Shown piece by piece: positions 25,129-33,449 of a DNA stretch of 33,449 nucleotides. The stretch comes from an uncultured Bacilli bacterium. Its GTDB lineage: Bacteria; Bacillota_I; Bacilli_A; RF39; UBA660. The translations under genes and the position numbers were made by a program. Positions within the stretch are counted from its first letter, which is position 1, and the number at the start of each line of letters is the position of its first letter. The notes beneath the pieces were generated by a model. The model was not told the DNA's origin. It made no database searches and saw only the letters and a list, made by a program, of their open reading frames with translations. The stretch is taken from positions 1 to 33,449 of the forward strand of contig CAKORS010000002.1 of assembly GCA_934101605.1 (NCBI GenBank). The letters are read 5' to 3'.

Positions 25129-26310
25129 ATGGAAAAAATAATATTAATAAAATATGGCGAATTAACAACTAAAAAAGATAATAGAAAAGTATTCATAAAT
25201 GCTTTATATAATAATATAAAAGAAAAACTAAAAGGATTAAATTGTAAAATTATTAAAGAACATTCTCGTATGTATATAGATTTAAACAACGAAAATGAAG
25301 AACAAGTATTAAATATTTTAAAAAACGTATTTGGATTACATGCGTTTAATTTAGCATATAAAGTAAATACTAATAAAGAGGAAATAAAAGATAGCATTTT
25401 AGAAGTTTTACATAATACAAAATTTAAAACATTTAAAGTTATAACTAACAGAAGAGATAAAAATTTTGAAATAAAAAGTATGGACTTTAATAATGTAATC
25501 GGAGGACATATACTAAAAAATATAAAAGATATAAAAGTTGATGTTCATAATCCAGATATATATGTAAATATAGAAATAGATAAAGATTATACTTACTTTT
25601 ATTTAAATGAAATAAAAGGATTAGGAGGATATCCAGTAGGAGTTCAAGGAAAAGGACTATTAATGTTATCAGGAGGAATAGATTCTCCAGTAGCAGGATA
25701 TCTTGCATTAAAAAGAGGAATAAAAGTTAATGCTATATATTTCGAAGCAATACCACATACAAGCCTAAATGCTCGTGAAAAAGTAATAAATCTTGCTAAA
25801 GAACTTTTAAAATATACAAGTGATTTTAATCTTTATGTAGTTCCAATTACTAAACTTCAAGAAAGTATCTATAAAAATGTTGATTCCTCATATATAATAA
25901 CAATACTAAGAAGAATGATGTATAGAATTTCAGAAAGTATTGCAAGAAAAAATAAAAATTTAATATTAATAAATGGTGAATCCATAGGTCAAGTTGCATC
26001 TCAAACTTTAACTAGTATGAATGTTATAAATGAAGTAGTAAAAATACCTGTTATAAGACCTGTAGCGTGCATGGATAAATTAGAAATTATAGATATAGCA
26101 AAAAAAATAAATACATATGAAACAAGTATATTGCCATATGAAGATTGCTGCACAATATTTGTTCCTCGCCATCCAGTAATAAATCCAAAACTTACAAAAT
26201 GTATAGAAGAAGAAAATAAATTTGATTACAAACCAATGCTTAAAGAAGCAATTGATAATACATTCGTAATAAAAATAACTAATGAAAATGATTTTGATGA
26301 CTTATTATAG
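25129..26310 (+). CDS. thiI: tRNA 4-thiouridine(8) synthase ThiI (no rhodanese domain)
   Basis: N-terminal ILIKYGELTTKKDNR, a THUMP region, and the PP-loop SGGIDSPVA. Confidence 0.92.
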   Translation: MEKIILIKYGELTTKKDNRKVFINALYNNIKEKLKGLNCKIIKEHSRMYIDLNNENEEQVLNILKNVFGLHAFNLAYKVNTNKEEIKDSILEVLHNTKFKTFKVITNRRDKNFEIKSMDFNNVIGGHILKNIKDIKVDVHNPDIYVNIEIDKDYTYFYLNEIKGLGGYPVGVQGKGLLMLSGGIDSPVAGYLALKRGIKVNAIYFEAIPHTSLNAREKVINLAKELLKYTSDFNLYVVPITKLQESIYKNVDSSYIITILRRMMYRISESIARKNKNLILINGESIGQVASQTLTSMNVINEVVKIPVIRPVACMDKLEIIDIAKKINTYETSILPYEDCCTIFVPRHPVINPKLTKCIEEENKFDYKPMLKEAIDNTFVIKITNENDFDDLL

Positions 26311-26334
26311 GTAGAAATTACCAACAGAAATTAA

Positions 26335-26363
26335 GTATAAAACATAAAGATATTCGCACTCTA
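26335..26363 (+). promoter_or_regulatory. Candidate forespore sigma-G-type promoter of the SASP gene
   Basis: GTATA, 17 nt, CACTCTA, compared with the B. subtilis sigma-G consensus GHATR-N17/18-CATxHTA. Located 25 nt upstream of the ATG. Confidence 0.3.
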
Positions 26364-26387
26364 TAAATGTAGGAGGTGAATACTAGA

Positions 26388-26594
26388 ATGAACCAAAAAA
26401 GTAATAAATTAGTTACTCCTGGATCTAAACAAGCAATCGAAGCTATGAAATATGAAATAGCTAGAGAATTCGGTGTTAATTTAGGACCAGATGCTACTGC
26501 TCGTGCTAACGGATCAGTTGGTGGAGAAATTACTAAGCGTCTTGTTGAAAGAGGTTTAAGTCAATTTGGTGGTTATACTACTTCTAATAAATAA
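26388..26594 (+). CDS. Alpha/beta-type small acid-soluble spore protein
   Basis: Both SASP signatures are present: [10 protein letters not shown] and [15 protein letters not shown] strong SD AGGAGGTGA precedes ATG 26388; the tracked GTG at 26376 lies inside the SD. Confidence 0.92.
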   Translation: MNQKSNKLVTPGSKQAIEAMKYEIAREFGVNLGPDATARANGSVGGEITKRLVERGLSQFGGYTTSNK

Positions 26595-26616
26595 TAAAGA
26601 CTAATATTAAAATAAA

Positions 26617-26648
26617 ATAGTTTAACGATTATGTTAAACTATTTTTTG
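26617..26648 (+). terminator. Rho-independent terminator
   Basis: ATAGTTTAAC-GATTAT-GTTAAACTAT followed by TTTTT. Confidence 0.7.
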
Positions 26649-26695
26649 TTTAATTACTAATTATTATGTTTATCTTTTTTTTATTTTACTAAATG

Positions 26696-26704
26696 TGCTA
26701 TAAT
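26696..26704 (+). promoter_or_regulatory. Extended -10 element (TGCTATAAT) upstream of gatC
   Basis: TGnTATAAT match 25 nt upstream of the gatC ATG. Confidence 0.3.
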
Positions 26705-26729
26705 ATAATACGTCAAGGAGGTAATATAT

Positions 26730-27023
26730 ATGGATAAACTAAGTAAAGAAGAAGTATTACACGTAGCAAATCTTGGAAGACTAGCTCTAAAAGACGAAGA
26801 GATAGAAGATTATAGTATTAAACTAAAACAAATCTTAAATGAAATAGAAAAAATTAATGATATAGAAACTAAGGATGAAGAAATTTTAATAACTCCTAAT
26901 AGCATAAATACAAAATTAAGAGATAAAGATTTAACTCATGAAATACCAACAGAAGAAGCATTAAGAAATGCTCCTAAGACATATGAAAATTATATAGAAA
27001 TAAGAGGTGTTTTTAATGACTAA
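26730..27023 (+). CDS. gatC: Glu-tRNA(Gln)/Asp-tRNA(Asn) amidotransferase subunit C
   Basis: LSKEEVLHVANLGRLALKDEE N-terminus typical of GatC. Sits in the gatCAB order. Confidence 0.9.
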   Translation: MDKLSKEEVLHVANLGRLALKDEEIEDYSIKLKQILNEIEKINDIETKDEEILITPNSINTKLRDKDLTHEIPTEEALRNAPKTYENYIEIRGVFND

Positions 27024-28464
27024 TTATTTAAATAATGATATAGAAACACTACACAAAATGTTAAAAGAAAAAAAGATAAAACCAATAGATTTAGTTGAAG
27101 AATCATATGAAAAATATAAACTAAATAAAGACTTAAATTGCTTTATAACTTTTGATATAGAAGGTGCAAGAAAAAAAGCTAAAGAATTAGAAAACGTTCC
27201 ATGCGATAATTTATTATATGGTATACCAATTGCAGTAAAAGATAATATTGTAACTAAAGATTTACTAACAACAGCAGCATCAAAAATACTATATAATTTT
27301 AATCCAACTTATAATGCTCATGTTATAGATTTAATAAATAAAAACAATATGATAGTAGTGGGAAAATTAAATATGGATGAATTTGCATTTGGTTCATCAA
27401 GTGGAACAAGTTACTATGGACCAGTAAGAAATCCTTGGAATAAAGCTTTAGTTCCAGGAGGATCAAGTGGTGGTTCAGCAGCAGCAACATCAATTGGAAT
27501 AACTTCACTAACACTTGGAAGTGATACAGGTGGATCTATAAGACAACCTTCTGCTTTTTGTGGAACAGTAGGACTAAAACCAACTTACGGTCTTATATCA
27601 AGATATGGACTTATTGCGTTTGCATCTAGTCTAGATCAAATAGGACCAATAACAAAAAATGTTAAAGATAATGCAAATCTATTAAATATTTTAACAAAAA
27701 AAGATGAAAGAGATTTGACTAATATAGGTAGTAATGAAGACTATACTAGATTAATTGGAAAAGATATAAAAGGAATAAAAATAGCCATTCCAAGATTTTA
27801 TATAAATGATTCTATAGATCAAGAAATAATAGATAATATAAATAAAGTAGTAGAAATGTTAAAAGAAAAAGGAGCTATAGTAGATATAATAGATATGAAA
27901 TATATAGACTATGCAGTTCCTTTATATCAAATCATAGCTTTAGGAGAAGCATCATCTAATCTAGCAAGATATGATGGTATAAAATATGGTTATTCAACAG
28001 AAAAATCAGAAAATATTGATGATTTTTATAAGAAAACAAGAAGTGAATCATTTGGAGATGAAGTAAAAAGAAGAATTATGATAGGATCTTATCTTTTATC
28101 AGGTAAAAATGCTAAAGAATATTTTGAAAAAGCTCAAAAAGTAAGAAGACTTATCAAAAATGAATTTAATAAAGTATTTGAAAACTATGACTTAATAATA
28201 GGACCTACAACAACAACATTACCATATAAAGTAGGAGAATCTTTAAACGATGCTATAAAAAGTTTTATGGATGATATATTAACTATTCCTGTAAACATGG
28301 CAGGTTTACCAGGAATGAGTATTCCAGTAGGATTTTCAAAAACAAATTTACCAATAGGAATGCAAATAATTGCTAATTCCTTTGAAGAAGCAAAAATATA
28401 TCAACTAGGAAGTTTAATAGAAAAAGAGCTTAATTTAAATTTAATACCTGGAGGTGACAAATAA
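27016..28464 (+). CDS. gatA: Glu-tRNA(Gln) amidotransferase subunit A
   Basis: Amidase signature GGSSGGSAAA…GSDTGGSIRQPS. SD AAGAGGTG lies 6 nt before ATG 27016. Overlaps gatC by 8 nt. Confidence 0.93.
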   Translation: MTNYLNNDIETLHKMLKEKKIKPIDLVEESYEKYKLNKDLNCFITFDIEGARKKAKELENVPCDNLLYGIPIAVKDNIVTKDLLTTAASKILYNFNPTYNAHVIDLINKNNMIVVGKLNMDEFAFGSSSGTSYYGPVRNPWNKALVPGGSSGGSAAATSIGITSLTLGSDTGGSIRQPSAFCGTVGLKPTYGLISRYGLIAFASSLDQIGPITKNVKDNANLLNILTKKDERDLTNIGSNEDYTRLIGKDIKGIKIAIPRFYINDSIDQEIIDNINKVVEMLKEKGAIVDIIDMKYIDYAVPLYQIIALGEASSNLARYDGIKYGYSTEKSENIDDFYKKTRSESFGDEVKRRIMIGSYLLSGKNAKEYFEKAQKVRRLIKNEFNKVFENYDLIIGPTTTTLPYKVGESLNDAIKSFMDDILTIPVNMAGLPGMSIPVGFSKTNLPIGMQIIANSFEEAKIYQLGSLIEKELNLNLIPGGDK

Positions 28465-29867
28465 TGTATACACCAACTATAGGAATAGAAGTGCATGTAG
28501 AACTAAAAACAAAAAAGAAAGTATTTTCATCATCAGATAATGAATATAACGCACCAGCTAATATTAATATTAATGAAGTAGATATGGCTTTTCCAGGTGT
28601 TTTACCAACAGTAAATGAAGAAGTAATAGAAAAAGCATTACTTGCAGCAGTAGCGTTAAATTGTAATATAACAAAACATATGCATTTTGATAGAAAAAAT
28701 TATTACTATCCAGACTTACCAAAAGGATATCAAATAACACAAGATAAAACTCCAATAGGAAGATGTGGATATGTAAACATTTGTAAAGATAAAAAAGTTA
28801 CAATAGAAAGAATGCATATTGAAGAAGATACATGTAAAAGTTTACACGTGGATAATAAAACTTTACTAAACTATAATAGAGCAGGAGTACCATTAATAGA
28901 AATAGTATCAGATCCTGTAATGCATTCAAGTAAAGATGCTATGGCTTACCTAGAAAGACTTAGAGAACTATTATTTTACACTGGAATAAGTGATTGTAAA
29001 ATAGAAGAAGGCTCTATGAGAGCAGATGTAAACGTTTCAATAAGTAAAACTGAAAAACTAGGAACAAAAATAGAAGTTAAAAATATAGGTTCAATAAAAG
29101 ATGTTGGAATAGCTATTGAATACGAAATAAAAAGACAACAAGAAGCCTTAGAAAAAGGAGAAATTCTAACAGAAGAAACAAGAAAATTTAATCAAAATGA
29201 TGGAACAACAACTCTAATGAGAAAAAAAGAAGTAGGTAATGACTATAGATATTTCCCTGAACCTGATATTCCATTTATAGATATAACAGATGAAGAAATA
29301 GAAAATGCAAGAAAAATGTTACCTATGTTACCAGATGAAAGAAGAAATATTTATATATCACGTGGAATTGATGAAATAAATGTTGAAAAACTAATTAACA
29401 ATAAAAAAATATCAGACTATTTAAATAATTTTATAGATACAGATATAAACTTAAAAATAGCAAGTAATTTATTACTTGGAGATATTTCATCATATATAAA
29501 CAAAACAGGAAACGATATAACAAAAACTAAACTTACTAAAGAAAAAATGATAGATTTAGTAACTAAACTAGATCAAGGAAAAATATCTAATAAAAACTTT
29601 AAAGACATGTTAATAGATATTTTAGAAACAGATTCATCAATTGATGAAATAATGAAAAAACATAATATAGTTAGCTTATCAACTGATGAAATAAAGAAAA
29701 TAATATTAGAAGTTCTAGAAGAAAATAAAGAATCAGTTCTAGAATACAAAAAAGGAAAAACCAATGTTTCAAAATTTTTAATGGGAATGGTAATTAAAAA
29801 GAGTAAAGGAATGGCTAATCCTCAAACTGTAAATAATATGTTAAATGATTTACTAAATAACATGTAA
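28464..29867 (+). CDS. gatB: Glu-tRNA(Gln) amidotransferase subunit B
   Basis: IGIEVHVELKT, FPGVLP, NYYYPDLPKGYQITQ, and a C-terminal YqeY-like tail. TAATG overlap with gatA. Confidence 0.93.
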   Translation: MYTPTIGIEVHVELKTKKKVFSSSDNEYNAPANININEVDMAFPGVLPTVNEEVIEKALLAAVALNCNITKHMHFDRKNYYYPDLPKGYQITQDKTPIGRCGYVNICKDKKVTIERMHIEEDTCKSLHVDNKTLLNYNRAGVPLIEIVSDPVMHSSKDAMAYLERLRELLFYTGISDCKIEEGSMRADVNVSISKTEKLGTKIEVKNIGSIKDVGIAIEYEIKRQQEALEKGEILTEETRKFNQNDGTTTLMRKKEVGNDYRYFPEPDIPFIDITDEEIENARKMLPMLPDERRNIYISRGIDEINVEKLINNKKISDYLNNFIDTDINLKIASNLLLGDISSYINKTGNDITKTKLTKEKMIDLVTKLDQGKISNKNFKDMLIDILETDSSIDEIMKKHNIVSLSTDEIKKIILEVLEENKESVLEYKKGKTNVSKFLMGMVIKKSKGMANPQTVNNMLNDLLNNM

Positions 29868-29922
29868 ATTGATTATTAATATATATTAAGGTATAATATT
29901 ATTAAAATAAGGAGCGTGTAAA

Positions 29923-30405
29923 ATGAAAAAGATAAATAAAACAGAAATCAAAAAAATGGCAAGACACAATAGATATACAACAATAACAGTATGTGTATTT
30001 TTAGTGCTATTTGTAATTCTATTTTTAGGATATAAACTTTTATTTCCAAACACAGGAACACCAGTATACGGTGACAGATTAGATGGTATAGAAGATGTTC
30101 AAATATCTAAAGATGAATTAAAAGATCTTGCATCTAAAGTTAAAGAAAACGAAAATGTAAAAAAAGCAAGTGCATCTTTAAGCGGAAAAATAGTAAATGT
30201 ATTAATTACAGTTAAAAAAGGAACAAGTGTTGATACTGCAAAAGGGTTAACAGATATAGTTATAAAATATTTTGATAAAGATTATACAGCATATTATGAT
30301 TTTCAAGTATTTATAACAAATGAAAATGAAGATGAAAAAGGATATCCTATAATTGGATATAAAAATAATGATAGTAAATCATTCTCATATTCAAGTTCTA
30401 AATAG
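29923..30405 (+). CDS. Hypothetical N-terminally membrane-anchored protein
   Basis: SD AAGGAG. Basic N-terminus, one TM (TTITVCVFLVLFVILFLGY), then a soluble domain of about 115 aa. No family recognised. Confidence 0.6.
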   Translation: MKKINKTEIKKMARHNRYTTITVCVFLVLFVILFLGYKLLFPNTGTPVYGDRLDGIEDVQISKDELKDLASKVKENENVKKASASLSGKIVNVLITVKKGTSVDTAKGLTDIVIKYFDKDYTAYYDFQVFITNENEDEKGYPIIGYKNNDSKSFSYSSSK

Positions 30406-30416
30406 GAGATTTTAAA

Positions 30417-32471
30417 ATGAAAAAAACTAAAAAAAAGAATAAGAATAAAATATCAATATGGAAAATAGCTATAATAACAACTGTTATTATAGTTTTAGGC
30501 TTAATAATATTTGTAGTATTAACAAAAGAAGATGAAAAAACAGGTTTAACTTTACTTGAAAAACAATGGGTAGAAAAAAATAAAAGTGAATTAATAGATT
30601 TTAACGTTCCTAATAATATTAACATTTTAGGAGAAAATGGAGAAGGAATACTATTTAGTATTCTAGATACAATAGAAGAAGATACAGGATTACAATTCAA
30701 TAGAAAATCTTATAACTATCCATCTACAGAAGTAAATGATTCTTTGGGATTTGCAATCTTAAAAAATACAGATAAACTTTTAGATAGCGATATTATAGTA
30801 GCAGAAGATAGTTATATCTTACTAGGTAGAGATAAAAATTATATTAAAGATGTTGATTCATTAAGCAATATAACAATTGGAGTTTTAAAAGCTGATGAAG
30901 AAATAATAAAAGACTACTTTAAAAGAAATAATAATATAACAATAAATACATATGATAGTGAAACATCACTATATAATGATTTATTAACTTTAAAAATAAA
31001 TTACGTAGTAGTTCCAAGATATGCTAACTTAAGTGGTTACGCTCTAAAAGAAGGAGTTTATACAAATTATAACTTAAATAATATTACTAATAAAATAGTT
31101 TTAAGATTAGGGGATAATGAAAAACTAAATAAAATATTATCAAAATATATAAGATATTTTGCAGAAGAAAAATACGATGATTATTTACAAGAATATTTAA
31201 TGAAATTCTATTCTGATAATATGGAATTAACATCAGTAGATCAAGCGTCATTAACAAGTAAAACATATACATATGGATTTATTGATAGTAATGTATATAA
31301 TAAAGAATCTTCAGGTAAACTTTATGGTATAGCAGGAGAATATATTAATACATTATCAAAAATGGCTGGAGTAGAATTTGATAAAAAAGCATATGATAAT
31401 AAGCAAGACTTAATAAAAGACTTTGAATCAGGAAAAATAGATATAGCGTTTATAAACTTTGATTATGAAAATGATAAAGCATTAAATACATCATCACCAT
31501 TTATAACTAAAATGGTAGCGCTATCAAATACTTATAAAAATATATCTGATAGTTATGGACTTGCTAATAATAAATTATATTTATTTAAAGATAATCTTCT
31601 ATACAATTATATAAAAGATAAATATGATGGTAATATAACAACTATAGATAATATAAATTATAATATATCAGATGGTATCTTAATACTTGATGAATGTGAG
31701 TATTTATATTACAAAGAATCTTCATTAAATGAATTAAAACAATTATTTACAGACTATTATGATGGAGACTTAAGATTTATAGTAAATGATAAGGATGAAG
31801 TTTTATATAATATGATGAATTTTGTTCTAAATAATACAGATTATAATGAATATCGTAAATTAGGTATAAATAATTTATTAAATACAATGACAAAAGAAGA
31901 AAGCTTTAAAAATATTTATATGATAGCTATATTAATTATATTTGTTCCGATATTTATTGCTATACTATCATCTATAATTAAAAGGGTAAAACCTAAGTTT
32001 AATAAATTAACAAAAGAAGATATGTTAAGATATACAGACCTTTTAACATCGTTAAAAAATCGTAATTATTTAAATGCACATATAACAGAATGGGATGAAA
32101 CAAAAATATATCCTAGAACAATAATTATGGTTGACTTAAATAATTTAAAATATATAAATGATAATTATGGACAAAAAGAAGGAAATATTTTAATTAAACA
32201 AGCAGCAGCTATTCTAATTAATACACAACTTGAAAAAAGTGAAATAGTAAGAACAGATGGTAATGAGTTCTTAATATATTTATTAGGATACAGTAAAACT
32301 CAAATTAATACTTATATTTCTAAATTATCAAAAGAGTTTGAAAAATTGCCTCATGGTTTTGGAGCAGCAATAGGTTTTAGTATGATTGAAGATGAAATAA
32401 AAACAGTAGATGATGCTATAAATGAAGCTACAATAAGCATGAGAATAGATAAGGAACAAAATTACAGATAA
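30417..32471 (+). CDS. Membrane sensor with two extracytoplasmic SBP_bac_3-like domains and a cytoplasmic degenerate GGDEF domain (DGNEF)
   Basis: N-terminal TM (IAIITTVIIVLGLIIFVVL). Two family-3 solute-binding-like regions (…ITIGVLKADEE…LKINYVVVP…; …GKLYGIAGEYINTLSKMAGVEFDKKAYDNKQDLIKDFESGKIDIAF…). Second TM (IYMIAILIIFVPIFIAILSSII). GGDEF-domain strings DLLTSLKNRNYL, VDLNNLKYINDNYGQKEGN and RTDGNEF (32250-32270). Confidence 0.8.
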   Translation: MKKTKKKNKNKISIWKIAIITTVIIVLGLIIFVVLTKEDEKTGLTLLEKQWVEKNKSELIDFNVPNNINILGENGEGILFSILDTIEEDTGLQFNRKSYNYPSTEVNDSLGFAILKNTDKLLDSDIIVAEDSYILLGRDKNYIKDVDSLSNITIGVLKADEEIIKDYFKRNNNITINTYDSETSLYNDLLTLKINYVVVPRYANLSGYALKEGVYTNYNLNNITNKIVLRLGDNEKLNKILSKYIRYFAEEKYDDYLQEYLMKFYSDNMELTSVDQASLTSKTYTYGFIDSNVYNKESSGKLYGIAGEYINTLSKMAGVEFDKKAYDNKQDLIKDFESGKIDIAFINFDYENDKALNTSSPFITKMVALSNTYKNISDSYGLANNKLYLFKDNLLYNYIKDKYDGNITTIDNINYNISDGILILDECEYLYYKESSLNELKQLFTDYYDGDLRFIVNDKDEVLYNMMNFVLNNTDYNEYRKLGINNLLNTMTKEESFKNIYMIAILIIFVPIFIAILSSIIKRVKPKFNKLTKEDMLRYTDLLTSLKNRNYLNAHITEWDETKIYPRTIIMVDLNNLKYINDNYGQKEGNILIKQAAAILINTQLEKSEIVRTDGNEFLIYLLGYSKTQINTYISKLSKEFEKLPHGFGAAIGFSMIEDEIKTVDDAINEATISMRIDKEQNYR

Positions 32472-33328
32472 TGAAAAAGGGTAGTAAGAAATTTGTTAAA
32501 AACTTTAAAGAGGTAATAAAAAGGCCTGAAATGTCTATTTTACCAGGACAACTTGCCTTTTATTTTCTCATGTCTTTAATACCTATCATAGCATTAGCTA
32601 CTTTGATAGTATCTAAGATTACAACAAGTTTTAATCTTTTTGATATAATATCAAGTGTTTTACCATCATCACTTACAAAAATATTTGAAAGTGTAGTTAA
32701 TAGTGCAAACTCTTATAATAACTTTTTTGTTCTTTTATTCTTTTATATCTTTTTAGGATCAAATGGTCCAGGAGCTATAATAATTGCATCAAATACATTA
32801 TATGGAATCAAAAGTAAAGGATATATAGATAACAAGATAAAAGCAATGTTCATGACAATTGTAATGATAATATTACTTATATTCCTATTGTTAATTCCAA
32901 TCGGAGGAGATTTCCTAATAGGTTTATTAACAGAACATTTTACTTCATTAAAAAGCATATATAATCACATATATGTATATGAAATATCAAAAGCTTTAAT
33001 GTCATTCTTTGTAATATTTGTAAATGTAAAATTATTATATACAATGGCCCCTAATAAAAAGATTAAAAGTAAACATACAACTATTGGAACATTATTCACA
33101 AGTTCTAGTTGGGTAATAGCAAGTGAAATTTTCCTATTTTACATAACTAATATAGCAACTTATGACGCTTTGTATGGAAATTTTGCAAATATTTTGGTAT
33201 TATTATTGTGGATATATTTATTGGCATATTTATTTGTTATAGGAATGGCAATAAATATCAACTGGTATCAAATAGATGATACCAATAAAGATAAGAAGGT
33301 AAAAAATGAAGAAAGTATTGTTAAATAG
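32471..33328 (+). CDS. YihY/BrkB-family membrane protein
   Basis: N-terminal LPGQLAFYFLMSLIPII motif and six hydrophobic helices. TAATG overlap with the upstream gene. Confidence 0.85.
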   Translation: MKKGSKKFVKNFKEVIKRPEMSILPGQLAFYFLMSLIPIIALATLIVSKITTSFNLFDIISSVLPSSLTKIFESVVNSANSYNNFFVLLFFYIFLGSNGPGAIIIASNTLYGIKSKGYIDNKIKAMFMTIVMIILLIFLLLIPIGGDFLIGLLTEHFTSLKSIYNHIYVYEISKALMSFFVIFVNVKLLYTMAPNKKIKSKHTTIGTLFTSSSWVIASEIFLFYITNIATYDALYGNFANILVLLLWIYLLAYLFVIGMAININWYQIDDTNKDKKVKNEESIVK

Positions 33329-33449
33329 ATTAAAATCTTTAAAAAACAAGATACAAAATTTTTTAAATAAAACAAAAACATTAATAAAAGAGAATGAGAA
33401 AAATACAAAGGGAAACTGGATTCAGATGATTCTTGGAGAGGTGCTGGTA
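33306..33449 (+). CDS. Hypothetical protein, 5' fragment (runs off the window)
   Basis: ATG at 33306 preceded by GAAGGT. 48 codons are open to the window edge (MKKVLLNRLKSLKNKIQNFLNK…NWIQMILGEVLV). Overlaps the yihY-like 3' end by 23 nt. Confidence 0.4.
   Translation, partial: MKKVLLNRLKSLKNKIQNFLNKTKTLIKENEKNTKGNWIQMILGEVLV

Noticed and set aside
23776-26310. Synteny oddities: tig is followed by thiI rather than clpP-clpX, and rnc is isolated from smc/ftsY.
   Set aside because: Gene order varies widely among low-GC lineages. No junction scars, repeats or mobile genes are visible, so this is not evidence of anything without comparative genomes.
26730-29867. gatCAB together with tRNA-Gln, tRNA-Asn and tRNA-Glu in one window, as a dedicated system.
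   Set aside because: The tRNA genes are 10-22 kb away in separate transcription units. The indirect Gln/Asn-tRNA pathway is standard in Firmicutes, so the co-occurrence is coincidental.
1-33449. Search for CRISPR arrays, IS elements or transposases, integrases, prophage modules, toxin-antitoxin pairs, riboswitches and T-boxes.
   Set aside because: I saw no regularly spaced direct repeats and no transposase, integrase or phage-like ORFs. I saw no small adjacent TA-like gene pairs. No intergenic leader is long enough or structured enough (most gaps are under 140 nt) to hold a recognisable riboswitch or T-box.

Overview
This is a very AT-rich chromosomal segment, roughly a quarter G+C by eye (not computed). 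The source looks like a low-GC, endospore-forming Bacillota (Firmicutes): an alpha/beta-type SASP gene, a DUF421/YetF gene and comEC are present. TGA acts as a stop codon, so the standard code 11 applies.

Gene density is high and almost everything is on the + strand. In order the window contains:
- comEC (5' end outside the window), tightly followed by a DUF1016/YhcG PDDEXK nuclease
- an orphan hypothetical gene and a PflX-type radical SAM gene (-)
- tRNA-Gln(CUG) and a ZIP metal transporter
- a Cys-rich NPKTG-anchored surface protein
- rnc (-), yidD, and a ZnuA-fold lipoprotein that appears to lack its metal ligands
- ddl (-), a COG2509-type FAD protein and a Big_2 membrane protein
- a DUF421 protein, a small lipoprotein and a DUF308/HdeD-like protein
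- the tsaE-tsaB-rimI-tsaD operon and a tRNA-Ile/Asn/Glu cluster
- a 1241-aa multi-module surface protein
- fhs, a rhomboid protease, tig, thiI, a SASP gene and gatCAB
- a four-gene cluster whose last three junctions touch or overlap: a small membrane protein, a dual-SBP sensor with a degenerate GGDEF domain, YihY/BrkB and a truncated ORF

I recognised no rRNA, CRISPR array, transposase, integrase, phage gene or canonical defence system.

The best novelty candidate is the 1241-aa ORF (17126-20851). A complete sortase sorting signal (NPKTG, TM segment, KK tail) sits in the middle of the protein rather than at the C-terminus. It runs directly into a second signal-anchor carrying a TasA/camelysin-like AYF motif and a BspA-type LRR module. 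This suggests a polyprotein that could be split into two surface proteins, or alternatively a lost stop codon.

Secondary leads are the degenerate-GGDEF/YihY cluster, the ligand-less ZnuA-like lipoprotein overlapping yidD, the comEC-coupled PDDEXK nuclease, and a Fur-family-like palindrome ahead of the ZIP transporter. All functional calls rest on motif recognition by eye; no database search was run.
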